A stretch of DNA of 64,000 nt, from positions 53,624 to 117,623 of the forward strand of contig JBBILD010000012.1 in assembly GCA_037445065.1 (NCBI GenBank). The letters are read 5' to 3'. Below are positions 50,986 through 60,994 of this stretch, piece by piece (within the stretch, counting starts at the first letter, position 1; each line of letters begins with the position of its first letter). The DNA is from Myxococcales bacterium. GTDB taxonomy: Bacteria > Desulfobacterota > Binatia > HRBIN30. Made by a program: the position numbers and the translations under genes. A model generated the notes under the pieces. It did not search any database. It saw nothing but the letters and a program-made list of their open reading frames with translations, and was not told the origin of the DNA.

Positions 50986-51022
50986 AGGGCAGCCGGTAGA
51001 CACCGGCTGCCCTTTTTGTTTT
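50986..51022 (+). terminator. Rho-independent terminator
   Basis: 12-bp perfect stem AGGGCAGCCGGT-agac-ACCGGCTGCCCT followed by TTTTGTTTT. Confidence 0.88.
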
Positions 51023-51059
51023 GGGAGAAAGGCGGGATGAACCCGCGAAAGGAGAATTC

Positions 51060-51725
51060 ATGAGACGAGTGTTGATGTTGGCCGCCCTGTTGCTGGCCTC
51101 GGCCGCGGTTCGGGGCGGCGCTGCGGAACTCAAAACGGAGGAGGAGAAGGCGCTCTATGCGCTCGGAGTCCTTCTCAGCCAGAATGTCAGCACCCTACGC
51201 CTCACCCCCGCCGAAGTGGACCTGGTCATGAAGGGGTTCGTAGACGGCGCGACAGGCAAAAAGCCGCAAGTGGATGCAGACCAGTACCGCGCCAAGTTAC
51301 AGGAGCTCCTCCAAAAACGGGCGCAAGCCAGCGCGGCGGAGGAGAGGGAAAAGGGCAAAGCCTTCATCGAGAAGATGGCCAAAGAGAAGGGCGCGGTGAA
51401 AACCGACTCGGGTTTGGTCTTTATCGAACTGACTCCTGGGAAGGGAGATTCACCGAGTGCGGAAAGCAAAGTGAAAGTGCATTACACGGGCACGCTGACA
51501 GACGGCACCGTGTTCGACAGCTCTGTGCAACGCGGCGAGCCGGTGACCTTCCCGTTGAACGGCGTGATTCGCTGCTGGACCGAAGGCCTGCAAAAAATGA
51601 AAGTGGGGGGTAAAGCAAAGCTCATCTGCCCCTCCGACCTCGCGTACGGGGACCGGGGCTCACCTCCCAAAATCAAGCCCGGAGCCACGCTCGTATTCGA
51701 AGTCGAACTGCTCGGCATCGAGTGA
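51060..51725 (+). CDS. FKBP-type peptidyl-prolyl isomerase (FkpA/Mip-like, exported)
   Basis: Signal peptide, YALG dimerisation domain, [23 protein letters not shown] and [18 protein letters not shown]. Confidence 0.94.
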   Translation: MRRVLMLAALLLASAAVRGGAAELKTEEEKALYALGVLLSQNVSTLRLTPAEVDLVMKGFVDGATGKKPQVDADQYRAKLQELLQKRAQASAAEEREKGKAFIEKMAKEKGAVKTDSGLVFIELTPGKGDSPSAESKVKVHYTGTLTDGTVFDSSVQRGEPVTFPLNGVIRCWTEGLQKMKVGGKAKLICPSDLAYGDRGSPPKIKPGATLVFEVELLGIE

Positions 51726-51733
51726 CCGCGACC

Positions 51734-51761
51734 CGGGGGCAAGGGGCCGCCCTTGCCCCCG
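51734..51761. terminator. Hairpin between the convergent FKBP and rmlC genes
   Basis: 12-bp perfect stem CGGGGGCAAGGG-gccg-CCCTTGCCCCCG. Confidence 0.65.
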
Positions 51762-51797
51762 TTCGCCTCGCAGTTGCAATGCGGAGCGCAGCTACGG

Positions 51798-52367
51798 CTA
51801 GCCCCGAACTTGCGCGCCTGCCTGCTGTCCTAAGTAATGCTCTAGCTCGCGCAGGGGCAGGGCCGCGCGATCCTTGGGCGACAGAATGGGGTCACTTACC
51901 GGCCACGGGATTCCCAACTCCGGGTCATTCCAAAGGATGCGCAGCTCACCCTCGGGGTCCCAGTAATCCGTAACCTTGTACTCCACCTCTGCAACATCGC
52001 TCAGCACGCAAAAGCCGTGCGCGTATCCAGGGGGAACGTACAACAGGCGGAAGTTTTCGCTACTGAGTTCCACCGCCACCCAGCGGCGGAACCGGGGAGA
52101 GCTGGGGCGGATGTCTACCGCAACGTCCCAAATTGCCCCGCGCAGTACGCGCACCAACTTGCCCTGCGGGCGCCGCCATTGGGCGTGCAGCCCGCGGACG
52201 GTGCCGCGCACCGATCGCGAGTGGTTGTCCTGTACAAAGCGGTCCGCCAAGCCGTGCTCAGCAAAGCGAGCGGCGTGAAACGCTTCAAAGAAAAAGCCGC
52301 GCTCGTCGCGAAGCACTTCCGGCTCGATCACCACAACCCCAGGGAGTTCCGTAGAAAGGAAGCGCAT
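51798..52367 (-). CDS. rmlC: dTDP-4-dehydrorhamnose 3,5-epimerase
   Basis: DERGFF, FVQDNHSRS, RGLH, QGKLVRV, DVAVDIR, GYAHGF and LSPKD. Confidence 0.95.
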   Translation of the reverse strand: MRFLSTELPGVVVIEPEVLRDERGFFFEAFHAARFAEHGLADRFVQDNHSRSVRGTVRGLHAQWRRPQGKLVRVLRGAIWDVAVDIRPSSPRFRRWVAVELSSENFRLLYVPPGYAHGFCVLSDVAEVEYKVTDYWDPEGELRILWNDPELGIPWPVSDPILSPKDRAALPLRELEHYLGQQAGAQVRG

Positions 52368-52961
52368 AACGCCCTACCTGTCACTCCTTCCTGCGCGTTG
52401 CAATGCTGAACATGGCTGCGCAATGCCGGCTCCCCCCACCTCCAGCGAGTTTGCCGAGCCATACGGCCCGCCCGGGAGGAAGCAACGAAGCCGCCGCCAC
52501 CATCCCCACCTTTTGCATGGTGCAAAACGAGAAAACTGCGGGCCACTGGGGACACCTCGCGATGTCTGGAACACTCCCACGGAACGGAGGCGCGTGCAGG
52601 CGGAACGTGTCCTCGCGCGGGCAACGCCTGGGGGAAACAATCCAACCAACAGCGGCTCCCGGTGGAGCGTTCTCTGCCCCACCTCACTGGCTCTCTACCG
52701 CCACCCCGTCGCCGCTGCCAATGCCGCCACGGGTAAACATGACGGCGCGCTTACGCTCCTGCCACTGGCGGCAGGGTTCCGGTCAGGCCACAGGGCGGGC
52801 ACCTGTGCCGGCGCCGAGGCCCAGTTGTTCTGATCTTTGCTGCTGTCGGTGGTGTGCGCCTTGCAAGAACCAGAAAAGACCGGCGAAAAAACTGTTGAAT
52901 CGCTCAGGCAGCGCGATCGGCACAAAGTGTGTTGCACGCAGAGTCATGGGAGGGAATGCCC

Positions 52962-54458
52962 ATGACTGTGCCGTTTCGCAACGAGCCGTTACCGCTGCCC
53001 CCACAAATGCTGCCGTCGGATGCCCTGTTTTGGTACGCGGAGGAGGCTACTCCTGGCATCCGCCCGCTAGTCGCTGGCCTGTTTGTGCTGGACCGACCAC
53101 CGAATCCGGCAAAGTTCCACCAGGCCATGACACGATGGGTAGCCCTGATCCCACGCCTGCGACAAAAGGTCAACGAGGTTCCCTTGAGCCTCACCCTCCC
53201 CCAATGGGTGGACGATCCCGCCTTCGACTTATCGTACCACCTACGGGAGATGGAGCTGCCCGCGCCAGGCAATCGGAAGCAGTTGTTCGATCTGGCCAGC
53301 GCCGTTTTTGCTACGCCGCTGGATCGCGAACGACCACTGTGGGAAGCATACGTCTTGCGCGGCTTCGAGGGTAACCGCGCCGCGATCTTTGTGAAGGTGC
53401 ACCACTGCGTCATGGACGGGGTCGGCTCCATGGCTGGCTTCGACGCCATGACCCAACGCCGCCGCAATGAGCCCGTGCCTCCCGTGCGGCTACGCCGCCA
53501 GCGCCCTCTGCTTCCCCCGGCCTTCGAAGCTGCCCGCGCTCTTGCCGTCACTGCGGAGCGGGCCACTCAGCTTGCGACTCAAGCGGGAAGGCTCGCCGTG
53601 CACATGCTGCAAGATCCAGCAGGCGTACTGGAGAGAGCGCGCGCCGCAGCACGTGGGCTGCGCGGACTCTGGCAAGATCTCACCGCACCAGCGGTCGTGG
53701 ACCCGCTCGGCGAAAAGGCGACGGGCGTTGGCCGCCGCCTCGACGGGCTCACCCTGGATCTCGATCGCTTGCGCGGCGCAAAACAAACGCTCGGCGTTAC
53801 CTTGAACGACCTCATGCTCGCCATTTTCGCTGGTGCCGTGGGGAGGTACTACCGCAGTCGGGGGCTATCCTTGTCGGAACTCCATTGCATGGTGCCAATC
53901 AGCCTACGGCAAGAAAACGAACGCTATCAATTGGGGAACCGGGTGGGGATGTGCAACGTTCGCTTACCCATCGCGGAACCCGACCCTCAACAACGCCTAA
54001 GGATCGTCTGCGAACAAACCCAAGCCGCCAAACAAGACCGCAGGGGAGCCGCGTACCCCCTCCTTATGCAGCTCCTCGCAGTCACACCCGGGTTTGTCTT
54101 TCGCCAGCTCGCTCGGGTGGCAACTGGACAAATCAATCTCATTATCACGAACGTGCCGGGACCCAACGAAATCCGGTACATCGCCGGCGCAAAAATCGAA
54201 GAGATTTACCCCTACGCGCCGGTGGCAGAAAAACTCCCGCTGGCGATCGCTCTTCTTTCCTACGGCAAGTTGTACGGGATCGGAATCGATACGGACCCGA
54301 ACGCCATTCCCGACCCGGATCGGCTGCGCACGTTCATCGGCGAGGCAACAACCGAGATGCTCCGCTTCGCAGCCGCTCAGACCAAGCCGCTCTCTCGCCG
54401 AAAGGGATCGAGCAAATCTCCGGTGCGCCGGAGGCGCCGCGCCACCCAACGCGCGTAG
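52962..54458 (+). CDS. Wax ester synthase / diacylglycerol acyltransferase (WS/DGAT)
   Basis: FDLSYH, PLDRERPLWE, catalytic HHCVMDG, TLNDL and TNVPGP; GGGAGG RBS. Confidence 0.93.
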   Translation: MTVPFRNEPLPLPPQMLPSDALFWYAEEATPGIRPLVAGLFVLDRPPNPAKFHQAMTRWVALIPRLRQKVNEVPLSLTLPQWVDDPAFDLSYHLREMELPAPGNRKQLFDLASAVFATPLDRERPLWEAYVLRGFEGNRAAIFVKVHHCVMDGVGSMAGFDAMTQRRRNEPVPPVRLRRQRPLLPPAFEAARALAVTAERATQLATQAGRLAVHMLQDPAGVLERARAAARGLRGLWQDLTAPAVVDPLGEKATGVGRRLDGLTLDLDRLRGAKQTLGVTLNDLMLAIFAGAVGRYYRSRGLSLSELHCMVPISLRQENERYQLGNRVGMCNVRLPIAEPDPQQRLRIVCEQTQAAKQDRRGAAYPLLMQLLAVTPGFVFRQLARVATGQINLIITNVPGPNEIRYIAGAKIEEIYPYAPVAEKLPLAIALLSYGKLYGIGIDTDPNAIPDPDRLRTFIGEATTEMLRFAAAQTKPLSRRKGSSKSPVRRRRRATQRA

Positions 54459-54630
54459 AAGACTGCTGGCCGCAAGGCGAGCGGCTCAGAGCCCTGCTGA
54501 AGGAACGAAACCGCTTCCTGGTCGTTGCTTGGCACCCGAAAACGGAAGCCCAACCGACCAGCCAAGACGACCTTTCCGGGTGCCAGCGCGGTCCTGCGTG
54601 CCGTTGATGCGAAGCCGCGTGCGCGCCTGC

Positions 54631-56001
54631 CTACGCCACGCTGGGCAAACCGGCGAGGGCAAGTGCGATCTCGTGTTCCGGGTACTCGAAGTTCTGTAGC
54701 TTCCCGGCCAGAAAATCCATGTACGCCTGCATGTCGAAGTGTCCGTGCCCACACAGGTTGAACAAGATGACGCGTGGGGTTCCCTCCGCCTTGCACTGCA
54801 AAGCGAGGCGGCGCACCCCAGCAACGGCGTGGTTCGCCTCTGGGGCCGGCAAGATACCCTCGGCACGCGCAAACTCGACGCCTGCCTCGAACGCCTCCAG
54901 CTGCTGGACCGCTTGAGCCTCGATTGCACCCAGGTGGAGCACGTGGCTCACCAGAGGGGCCATGCCATGATAGCGCAGTCCGCCAGCGTGGATGCCCGGG
55001 GGTACGAACGTACTGCCGAGGGTGTGCATCTTCACCAGCGGGGTGAGGTGCGCCGTATCACCGTAGTCGTACGCGTAGCGTCCCTTGGTGAGGCTCGGGC
55101 ACGCCGCTGGTTCGACCGCCACCACTCGTACGTCTCGCTCGCCGCGAAACTTGGCGCCGAGGAACGGGAAGGCGATACCGGCAAAGTTCGAACCGCCGCC
55201 GGTGCATGCCACGATCACATCAGGCCAGTCTCCGACCTGTTTCATCTGTGCCATCGCCTCGAGGCCAATCACCGTCTGATGCAACAGCACGTGGTTGAGC
55301 ACGCTCCCCAAGGCGTACTTCGTCTGCGGATCATTTGCCGCAACCTCCACCGCCTCGGAGATGGCGATGCCCAGCGAGCCAGTGCAGTGCGGATCGCGCT
55401 CGAGCACCGTGCGGCCAGAGGCCGTCTCCGTGCTGGGGCTTGCTACGACCCGCGCACCGTACGTTTCCATCAGGGCTCGCCGGTAGGGTTTCTGCTCGTA
55501 ACTGACCCGCACCATGAACACCGTGCACTCCAAGCCAAAAAAGTTACAGGCCAGGGCGAGCGACGAGCCCCACTGCCCGGCGCCGGTTTCGGTGGCAAGG
55601 CGGCGAACCCCGGCCTGCTTGTTGTAAAAGGCTTGCGCCACAGCCGTATTCGGTTTGTGGGAGCCAGCAGGGCTGACGCCTTCGTATTTGTAGTATATGC
55701 GCGCTGGGGTCCCCAACGTTCTTTCCCATCGGTGCGCCCGGTACAGGGGGGTGGGCCGCCAAAGCCGGTAAATGTCGCGCACCGGTGCCGGAATCGGGAT
55801 TTCACGCTGCGTGGCCACCTCCTGTTCGATCAGCACGGGCGGAAAGAGCGGCTCTAGATCGGCTGGTTGAAGAGGATTTCCCGTAGCCGGATGCAGAGGG
55901 GGAGGCGGTGGTTTGGGCAGATCGGCAACAATGTTGTACCACCTAGTCGGAATATCCTCTTCAGCGAGCAGAATCTTCACGTCAGAAAGCGATGCACCCA
56001 T
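54631..56001 (-). CDS. trpB2: TrpB2-type tryptophan synthase beta-like PLP enzyme
   Basis: [46 protein letters not shown] and LCGHG. Confidence 0.94.
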   Translation of the reverse strand: MGASLSDVKILLAEEDIPTRWYNIVADLPKPPPPPLHPATGNPLQPADLEPLFPPVLIEQEVATQREIPIPAPVRDIYRLWRPTPLYRAHRWERTLGTPARIYYKYEGVSPAGSHKPNTAVAQAFYNKQAGVRRLATETGAGQWGSSLALACNFFGLECTVFMVRVSYEQKPYRRALMETYGARVVASPSTETASGRTVLERDPHCTGSLGIAISEAVEVAANDPQTKYALGSVLNHVLLHQTVIGLEAMAQMKQVGDWPDVIVACTGGGSNFAGIAFPFLGAKFRGERDVRVVAVEPAACPSLTKGRYAYDYGDTAHLTPLVKMHTLGSTFVPPGIHAGGLRYHGMAPLVSHVLHLGAIEAQAVQQLEAFEAGVEFARAEGILPAPEANHAVAGVRRLALQCKAEGTPRVILFNLCGHGHFDMQAYMDFLAGKLQNFEYPEHEIALALAGLPSVA

Positions 56002-56134
56002 ACTGCCTGCAAAGCCGGTTTTGCGGAAAAGCGCAAGCAGGTACTCGCGCACCACATGCTCACTCATCCACACGCACTACCCGCAGCGGTCGCGGTGGCG
56101 GATCGTGGGGGCGCCCACCAGTACGCGCGCCGCC

Positions 56135-56827
56135 TCACGGGGACACGGTAATGACGTGCAGGCTACTGGCCACCCCATCGCCGCTGCGAGCGTTGTTGCA
56201 GTTCGCCGCAACCGCAGCCACCCAAAGCCGATACGTTCCCGCTTCCGGTGCCCTCCAAGTGCCCCACCATTCGAACGGGGATTCCACGAACAACCGCCGC
56301 GTTAGCTCGACGGTGTCTGCCTCATCCACGGCGCCATCGCCGTTCGCGTCGCCCAACTGGCAAGCCGCCGCCGACATCTCTGCACTCGCCGCGCCCGCCA
56401 CGCGAACGAGGTCCGCCACGCTAGCGACTCCATCCCCATTTATGTCGGTGCGGTGCTGGGGGTAGCGGTGGGTAACTTCTTCCTCTTCCACCCTCAGCCC
56501 CGCACTCCTACCGACGAGCTGCCCGTCCTCTGCGGCCAAGTTGAGTCCTGCCGCGACCTGGCGGTTCGAGGCAGGCCAGACGAGCACCCTCCATACGACC
56601 TCCTCTCCAATTCGGGCGTTCGCAGGGGCCACAAGGTCGACCCGAGGTGGATTGCCGCCGCTGTGGCATTGGTCGGCGCAGGTCACACCGGCCTGCCCTG
56701 AGACACCCGTCACACCAGTCTGGTAGGCCGAAACTGGCGCGAGCCATGTGACTCCGATCCAGAAAAGGAGCGAGGCCGTCCGACACACAAGCGACGCCGC
56801 CCGAGGGAGCCCTGGTCCAAGACTCAT
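56135..56827 (-). CDS. Secreted Reeler/choice-of-anchor-V-like protein with CX3CH motif and internal dockerin-like insert
   Basis: Signal peptide, SG..G.TCADQCHSGG, THxxP, two DxNGDG repeats and WRAP..AAN..SGD. Confidence 0.6.
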   Translation of the reverse strand: MSLGPGLPRAASLVCRTASLLFWIGVTWLAPVSAYQTGVTGVSGQAGVTCADQCHSGGNPPRVDLVAPANARIGEEVVWRVLVWPASNRQVAAGLNLAAEDGQLVGRSAGLRVEEEEVTHRYPQHRTDINGDGVASVADLVRVAGAASAEMSAAACQLGDANGDGAVDEADTVELTRRLFVESPFEWWGTWRAPEAGTYRLWVAAVAANCNNARSGDGVASSLHVITVSP

Positions 56828-58644
56828 GGCTGCGGCGGTAGATCACACTGGCCGCCTCGACAGCGGCCCGGGCCGGTGCTCCGGTTCGGGCATAAGATCC
56901 CGTCCGGTGCCGGCTCGCTGCGGCAACCGGCTTGCGTGTAAAAGTCGTAGGTACACGCATCACCGTCGTCGCATGGCGACTCCGGGCAGTCCGCCGCGTC
57001 CGGCAAGCACCAGGCGCTCACGTCACTAGGTGAGAGGGAACTCAGGTAGGCATCGCTGTTGGGATTCGAGCGGTCGCCGATCCCAGAGCCGTAAAAAATC
57101 TCGCCGTCGAGGACGGTGACCGCAGAAGCGACCGGCGCGAAGGGCGGTAGTATGCGCAAGACCTCGCCTGTCTCAGCATCGCGCACAAACACTCCGGAAA
57201 ACAAACTCCCCATAAAGACCAGCTCTGGGGTTGCCGTGGCCGCCGCGTAGCTCGGCAGGGCGGCGCGATCTCCCCAAAGGATGCTGCCGTCATGAGCAGC
57301 GAGGCCATGGGCGGCTGGCCGCTGCGGACGATTGAAGCTCTCCCCGATGGCAGTGCTGAAAAAGATCCTGCCCGCGCCCACGGCAGCGCTCCCAATGATT
57401 CCCCCGATCGCTCCACCCGCAACCACTTGAGTCTGCCAATACGGTTCGATGCGGCCGGTAAGAGCATTTCGCCCGTCGCGGTCGAGTACGTAGTACGTTC
57501 CATCCTTGTTCCCCACACCCACGACTTCGCGGCGTGCGCCGGCAACCTCGATTTCGAACAGATTCGGCACTGCGCCAAAAGCCAAATCTTGGTTGTCCAC
57601 TTCGCGGGGGCGCCAGATCCACTTGACGTTGCCGTCGAAGTCCAAGGCGATCAAAGCCTCGTCGAGCGGCGGCATAGGCGGGAACGGATCCACCGTTTCC
57701 GGATCGTCGTCGGTATCGCAATTACTGGAAGCGATGTAGATCGTACGCCGCTTCCCATCCACGGCGAACGACGACCACACGTTACCGCACGCGGTCCAGG
57801 TGCGCTCGAAGTTACAGCCCGGGCGTGTCGCGAAGAAATCATCGGGTAATCCCAGCTCAGCCGCACTGTGATACCCGTCGAATCGAAAGATACGGTCCGA
57901 CGGAAGCGGCCGGCAGGTCGCACCGAACGGCCGCTGCTCCAGGTCCACATACCAAACGAGAAAACCCTCACGTGCGTCCACAGCAAACAGTCCGCCTTTC
58001 CCCGGCTCGCGGTCGTTCACGTCCATGCCGAACACAATGCGGTCGCCCGCTAAGGCAGGGCTCGCCTCGATCTGATTGCGCTCCACGTTGGGGCCGCAGG
58101 TCGTGCAACCTGTTCCCGCATCGAACTGCCAGCGCAAAGCCCCAGTGGCCGCGGCCAAACAATAGAGGGTCATCCCGCCGCCCACGTACACGCGCATCTC
58201 CCCATCGATCTCGGCAACCAGGGGAGAAGACGCCTGCGGGTACGAGGCCCCGGGGTGTGGTTTCATCCGAAACGACCACAGCCGACTGCCGTTGCTAGCG
58301 CGAAGGGCGTACAGGTGGCCATCCCACGAGGGGATGTACACCACCTTGATCCTTCCCTCGCCTGCCACGTCCACCCAAGCAACCGCCGGTGAAGCCGTTA
58401 CCACAGCGCCCGTGCGGTACGTCCACTTGGGCCGCAGCAACCCCACGGTGCTACGAGTCAGCCTGCGTTCCTCCGAGTTGAAGAACGCGCGCTCCGGGTT
58501 CGCGCCGTACATTGGCCAGCCGGCGGCGAGGCGTGCCGAGGGTGAGGAATTTTGCCGAGGGGGCTCCGAGTCGTCACCGCATGCCGCCAAAAGGCAAGCT
58601 GCCGTCGCCAACAAGAGGCCCACTGCTGCACTGGATCGGTGCAC
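56824..58644 (-). CDS. PQQ-binding-like beta-propeller lipoprotein (polyvinyl-alcohol-dehydrogenase-like)
   Basis: Lipobox LAAC, WPMYG, repeated LYAL.A..G...W blades, VWSS, DLAFG and C-terminal CDDGDACT repeat; start estimated at GTG 58644. Confidence 0.78.
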   Translation of the reverse strand: MHRSSAAVGLLLATAACLLAACGDDSEPPRQNSSPSARLAAGWPMYGANPERAFFNSEERRLTRSTVGLLRPKWTYRTGAVVTASPAVAWVDVAGEGRIKVVYIPSWDGHLYALRASNGSRLWSFRMKPHPGASYPQASSPLVAEIDGEMRVYVGGGMTLYCLAAATGALRWQFDAGTGCTTCGPNVERNQIEASPALAGDRIVFGMDVNDREPGKGGLFAVDAREGFLVWYVDLEQRPFGATCRPLPSDRIFRFDGYHSAAELGLPDDFFATRPGCNFERTWTACGNVWSSFAVDGKRRTIYIASSNCDTDDDPETVDPFPPMPPLDEALIALDFDGNVKWIWRPREVDNQDLAFGAVPNLFEIEVAGARREVVGVGNKDGTYYVLDRDGRNALTGRIEPYWQTQVVAGGAIGGIIGSAAVGAGRIFFSTAIGESFNRPQRPAAHGLAAHDGSILWGDRAALPSYAAATATPELVFMGSLFSGVFVRDAETGEVLRILPPFAPVASAVTVLDGEIFYGSGIGDRSNPNSDAYLSSLSPSDVSAWCLPDAADCPESPCDDGDACTYDFYTQAGCRSEPAPDGILCPNRSTGPGRCRGGQCDLPPQP

Positions 58645-58709
58645 GAAGCGGGCGTCTACTCCAAAGGCGGCGCACAGGTCAATCCGCAACGCGCCCAATG
58701 GCGGTGCCC

Positions 58710-59306
58710 CTAGAACCAGTGAAACAGGGCGAGAATGCCGAGCCATACCAAGTCGAGAAATGCCCAATACCAAAGCAGGCCGGTCCAACGGGCCGCAACG
58801 TTTTGCCTTCGCTCCTCGCCGAGAGCGACCCACACGGCAAGCGCCATCCCGGCCAGCACGTGGGCAGCGTGCAAACCAGTGAGGAGGTAGTAAAACTGCC
58901 AGAACGGTCCCCGCCCCGGGTGCAAACCGTGCTCGAGATCCTGGCTGTAACCGTACCCTTTCAGAGCGAGGAACACGGCCGCCCAGAGTATTCCCATCCA
59001 GAGCCACACTCGCCGTTGCCAGACGCTGCGCTCTGCACTGCGTTTGCCCATGTATAAGCTCGCGCTGGCATAAAGTAAAACGACCGTGGCAACGTAAAGG
59101 TGCGTCCAACTCCACAGCTCCCGGCCGTCATCCCAATTGATCAGCCGCGTGGCGAAGAACGAGTAAAGCGCGAGGAGCGTCCCGAAGAGGGTCGCCTCCG
59201 ATGCGAGGAACCATGTCATTCCGGTGCGCACCAGGGAGGTCGCCTGCGAACTGTGCGCGGCTTCCCAGGGCTGACCGGAGCAAGCGCTACCCGCTCCCGC
59301 CTTCAC
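58710..59306 (-). CDS. coxC: Heme-copper oxidase subunit III
   Basis: WFLASEATLFG, FYYLLTGLHAAHV and YWAFLDLVW; GTGA overlap with the subunit I stop. Confidence 0.9.
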   Translation of the reverse strand: MKAGAGSACSGQPWEAAHSSQATSLVRTGMTWFLASEATLFGTLLALYSFFATRLINWDDGRELWSWTHLYVATVVLLYASASLYMGKRSAERSVWQRRVWLWMGILWAAVFLALKGYGYSQDLEHGLHPGRGPFWQFYYLLTGLHAAHVLAGMALAVWVALGEERRQNVAARWTGLLWYWAFLDLVWLGILALFHWF

Positions 59307-60970
59307 ACCGTGTCCTCCTGCCATTGTGGGACGGGCCTCTTCTCGCCTCCCTCGACCGCTCGATACACGTATGGCGGACCGACCACACGCGCTGTGGAAG
59401 AAAAATTTTCTACTGGAGGTGGTGAAGGCACGCTCCATTCCAGGGTTGTGGCTCCCCAGGGATTCGCCCCCGCCTGCGGACACTGGCGATGTGCGCCGAC
59501 CAAAGCCCAGACGAACACCAATTGGCTCGCAAACAGGACGCCCGCACCAATGGTCGCGATCACATGTAAAGGCTGCAGCGGCTCGAGGAACGGATAATAG
59601 AAGAGGCTGGGGATGCGCCGCACGTGCCCGTGCACGCCGAGCCAAAACAACGGCAGGAAGACGAAATGGAACGGTACAAACGTCAGCCAAAAATGCAGCC
59701 GCCCCAGACGCTCGTCGAGCAGGCGGCCGAACATCTTCGGATACCAAAAGTAAATCCCCGCGAAGCCCGCCAGAATCACCGAAGGGAACAAAGTGTAATG
59801 AAAGTGGGCGACCACGAAGTACGTATCGTGGAGGTGAACGTCGAGCGCTGCCGAGCCCAAAAAGACGCCGGTGACTCCTCCAAGGAGAAACGCGGATAAC
59901 GTGCCCGTCGCAAAGCACATCGCGGTGGTCAGGCGAAGCTGAGACCGCCACAACGTCCCGAGCAAGGCGAAGACGACGATCGCAAATGGCACCGAGATGA
60001 CGATCGTTGTGATGCTGAAGGGCGTCGCCAAGCGAACGTTCATCCCGCTCACGAACATGTGATGCGCCCAGACGAGAAAGCTCAGCACGCCGCCCAGCAA
60101 CAGCGATCCCACAATCAGCCACGGTGCGGGCAGGCCACGGCGGGCGAAGGTCGGGAACACTTCGAGCAGGATCCCCAATGCAGGGAGGAGAATCACGTAA
60201 ACCTCGGGGTGACCAAAAAACCAGAACAAATGCTGCCAGAGCAAAGGGTCTCCGAGCTTTGCCGGAGAGAAAAACCCTGCCTCCCAGTGGCGGTCGAACC
60301 AAAGCATCAAAATCGCCGCCATCAGGGGCCCAGCCGAGAGCAAAAACAGCACCGCGGCGATGCACTGGGTCCACACCATCAGTGGCAGCCGGCTCCAGGT
60401 GAGCCCCGGAGCACGGAGATTCCACGTCGTGGTGAGCACGTTCACACCGCTCATCAATACCGCAACAAAGTCGAGGAACACCGCCGCCAACCACAAGTCG
60501 AAGCCAAGGCCAACACCGGAAAACCTGTACTCCGCCGAGAGCGGCGGGTAGTTGGTCCAGCCGGCGGCTGCAGGTCCTTCAGGAACGAACCAGGAGGAGA
60601 CAAGGAGCACACAAGCAAGAAAGAAAATCCAAACCGAGGCTCCGTTGAGGCGCGGAAACGCCATGTCGTTTGCCCCGACCATCAGCGGCACCAGGTAGTT
60701 CCCAAAGCCGCCGAGCAGGACCGGCATGGCAACGAAAAACATCATGATTGTACCGTGCATGGTGAACCAAGCGTTGTACTGCGGAGGCTCGACGACGCCG
60801 TAGAGGGGCAGTGGCGCCTCGGGGAAAGCCAATTGCCAGCGCATCACCAGGGCGGAAATCCCCCCCAAAACGGCCATCGCGCCGCCGATCGCGAGGTACT
60901 GCTTCCCAATGACCTTGTGGTCCGCCGAAAAAACGCGTCTTAGAAAGCGCAAAGCCTCCCCCTTCGGCAA
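59303..60970 (-). CDS. coxA: Heme-copper oxidase subunit I (A1-type motif)
   Basis: DHKVIG, TMHG, DMAFPRLN, GWTNYPPL, WFFGHPEVY, WAHHMF, HDTYFVVAHFH and RR; helix VIII reads VPFAIVVF. Confidence 0.95.
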   Translation of the reverse strand: MPKGEALRFLRRVFSADHKVIGKQYLAIGGAMAVLGGISALVMRWQLAFPEAPLPLYGVVEPPQYNAWFTMHGTIMMFFVAMPVLLGGFGNYLVPLMVGANDMAFPRLNGASVWIFFLACVLLVSSWFVPEGPAAAGWTNYPPLSAEYRFSGVGLGFDLWLAAVFLDFVAVLMSGVNVLTTTWNLRAPGLTWSRLPLMVWTQCIAAVLFLLSAGPLMAAILMLWFDRHWEAGFFSPAKLGDPLLWQHLFWFFGHPEVYVILLPALGILLEVFPTFARRGLPAPWLIVGSLLLGGVLSFLVWAHHMFVSGMNVRLATPFSITTIVISVPFAIVVFALLGTLWRSQLRLTTAMCFATGTLSAFLLGGVTGVFLGSAALDVHLHDTYFVVAHFHYTLFPSVILAGFAGIYFWYPKMFGRLLDERLGRLHFWLTFVPFHFVFLPLFWLGVHGHVRRIPSLFYYPFLEPLQPLHVIATIGAGVLFASQLVFVWALVGAHRQCPQAGANPWGATTLEWSVPSPPPVENFSSTARVVGPPYVYRAVEGGEKRPVPQWQEDTV

Positions 60971-60994
60971 ACCGCACCCACTGCCGTCATCCGA

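Noticed and set aside
52368..52961. About 600-bp divergent intergenic region between rmlC and WS/DGAT
   Set aside because: No convincing ORF, RNA motif or operator that I can support.
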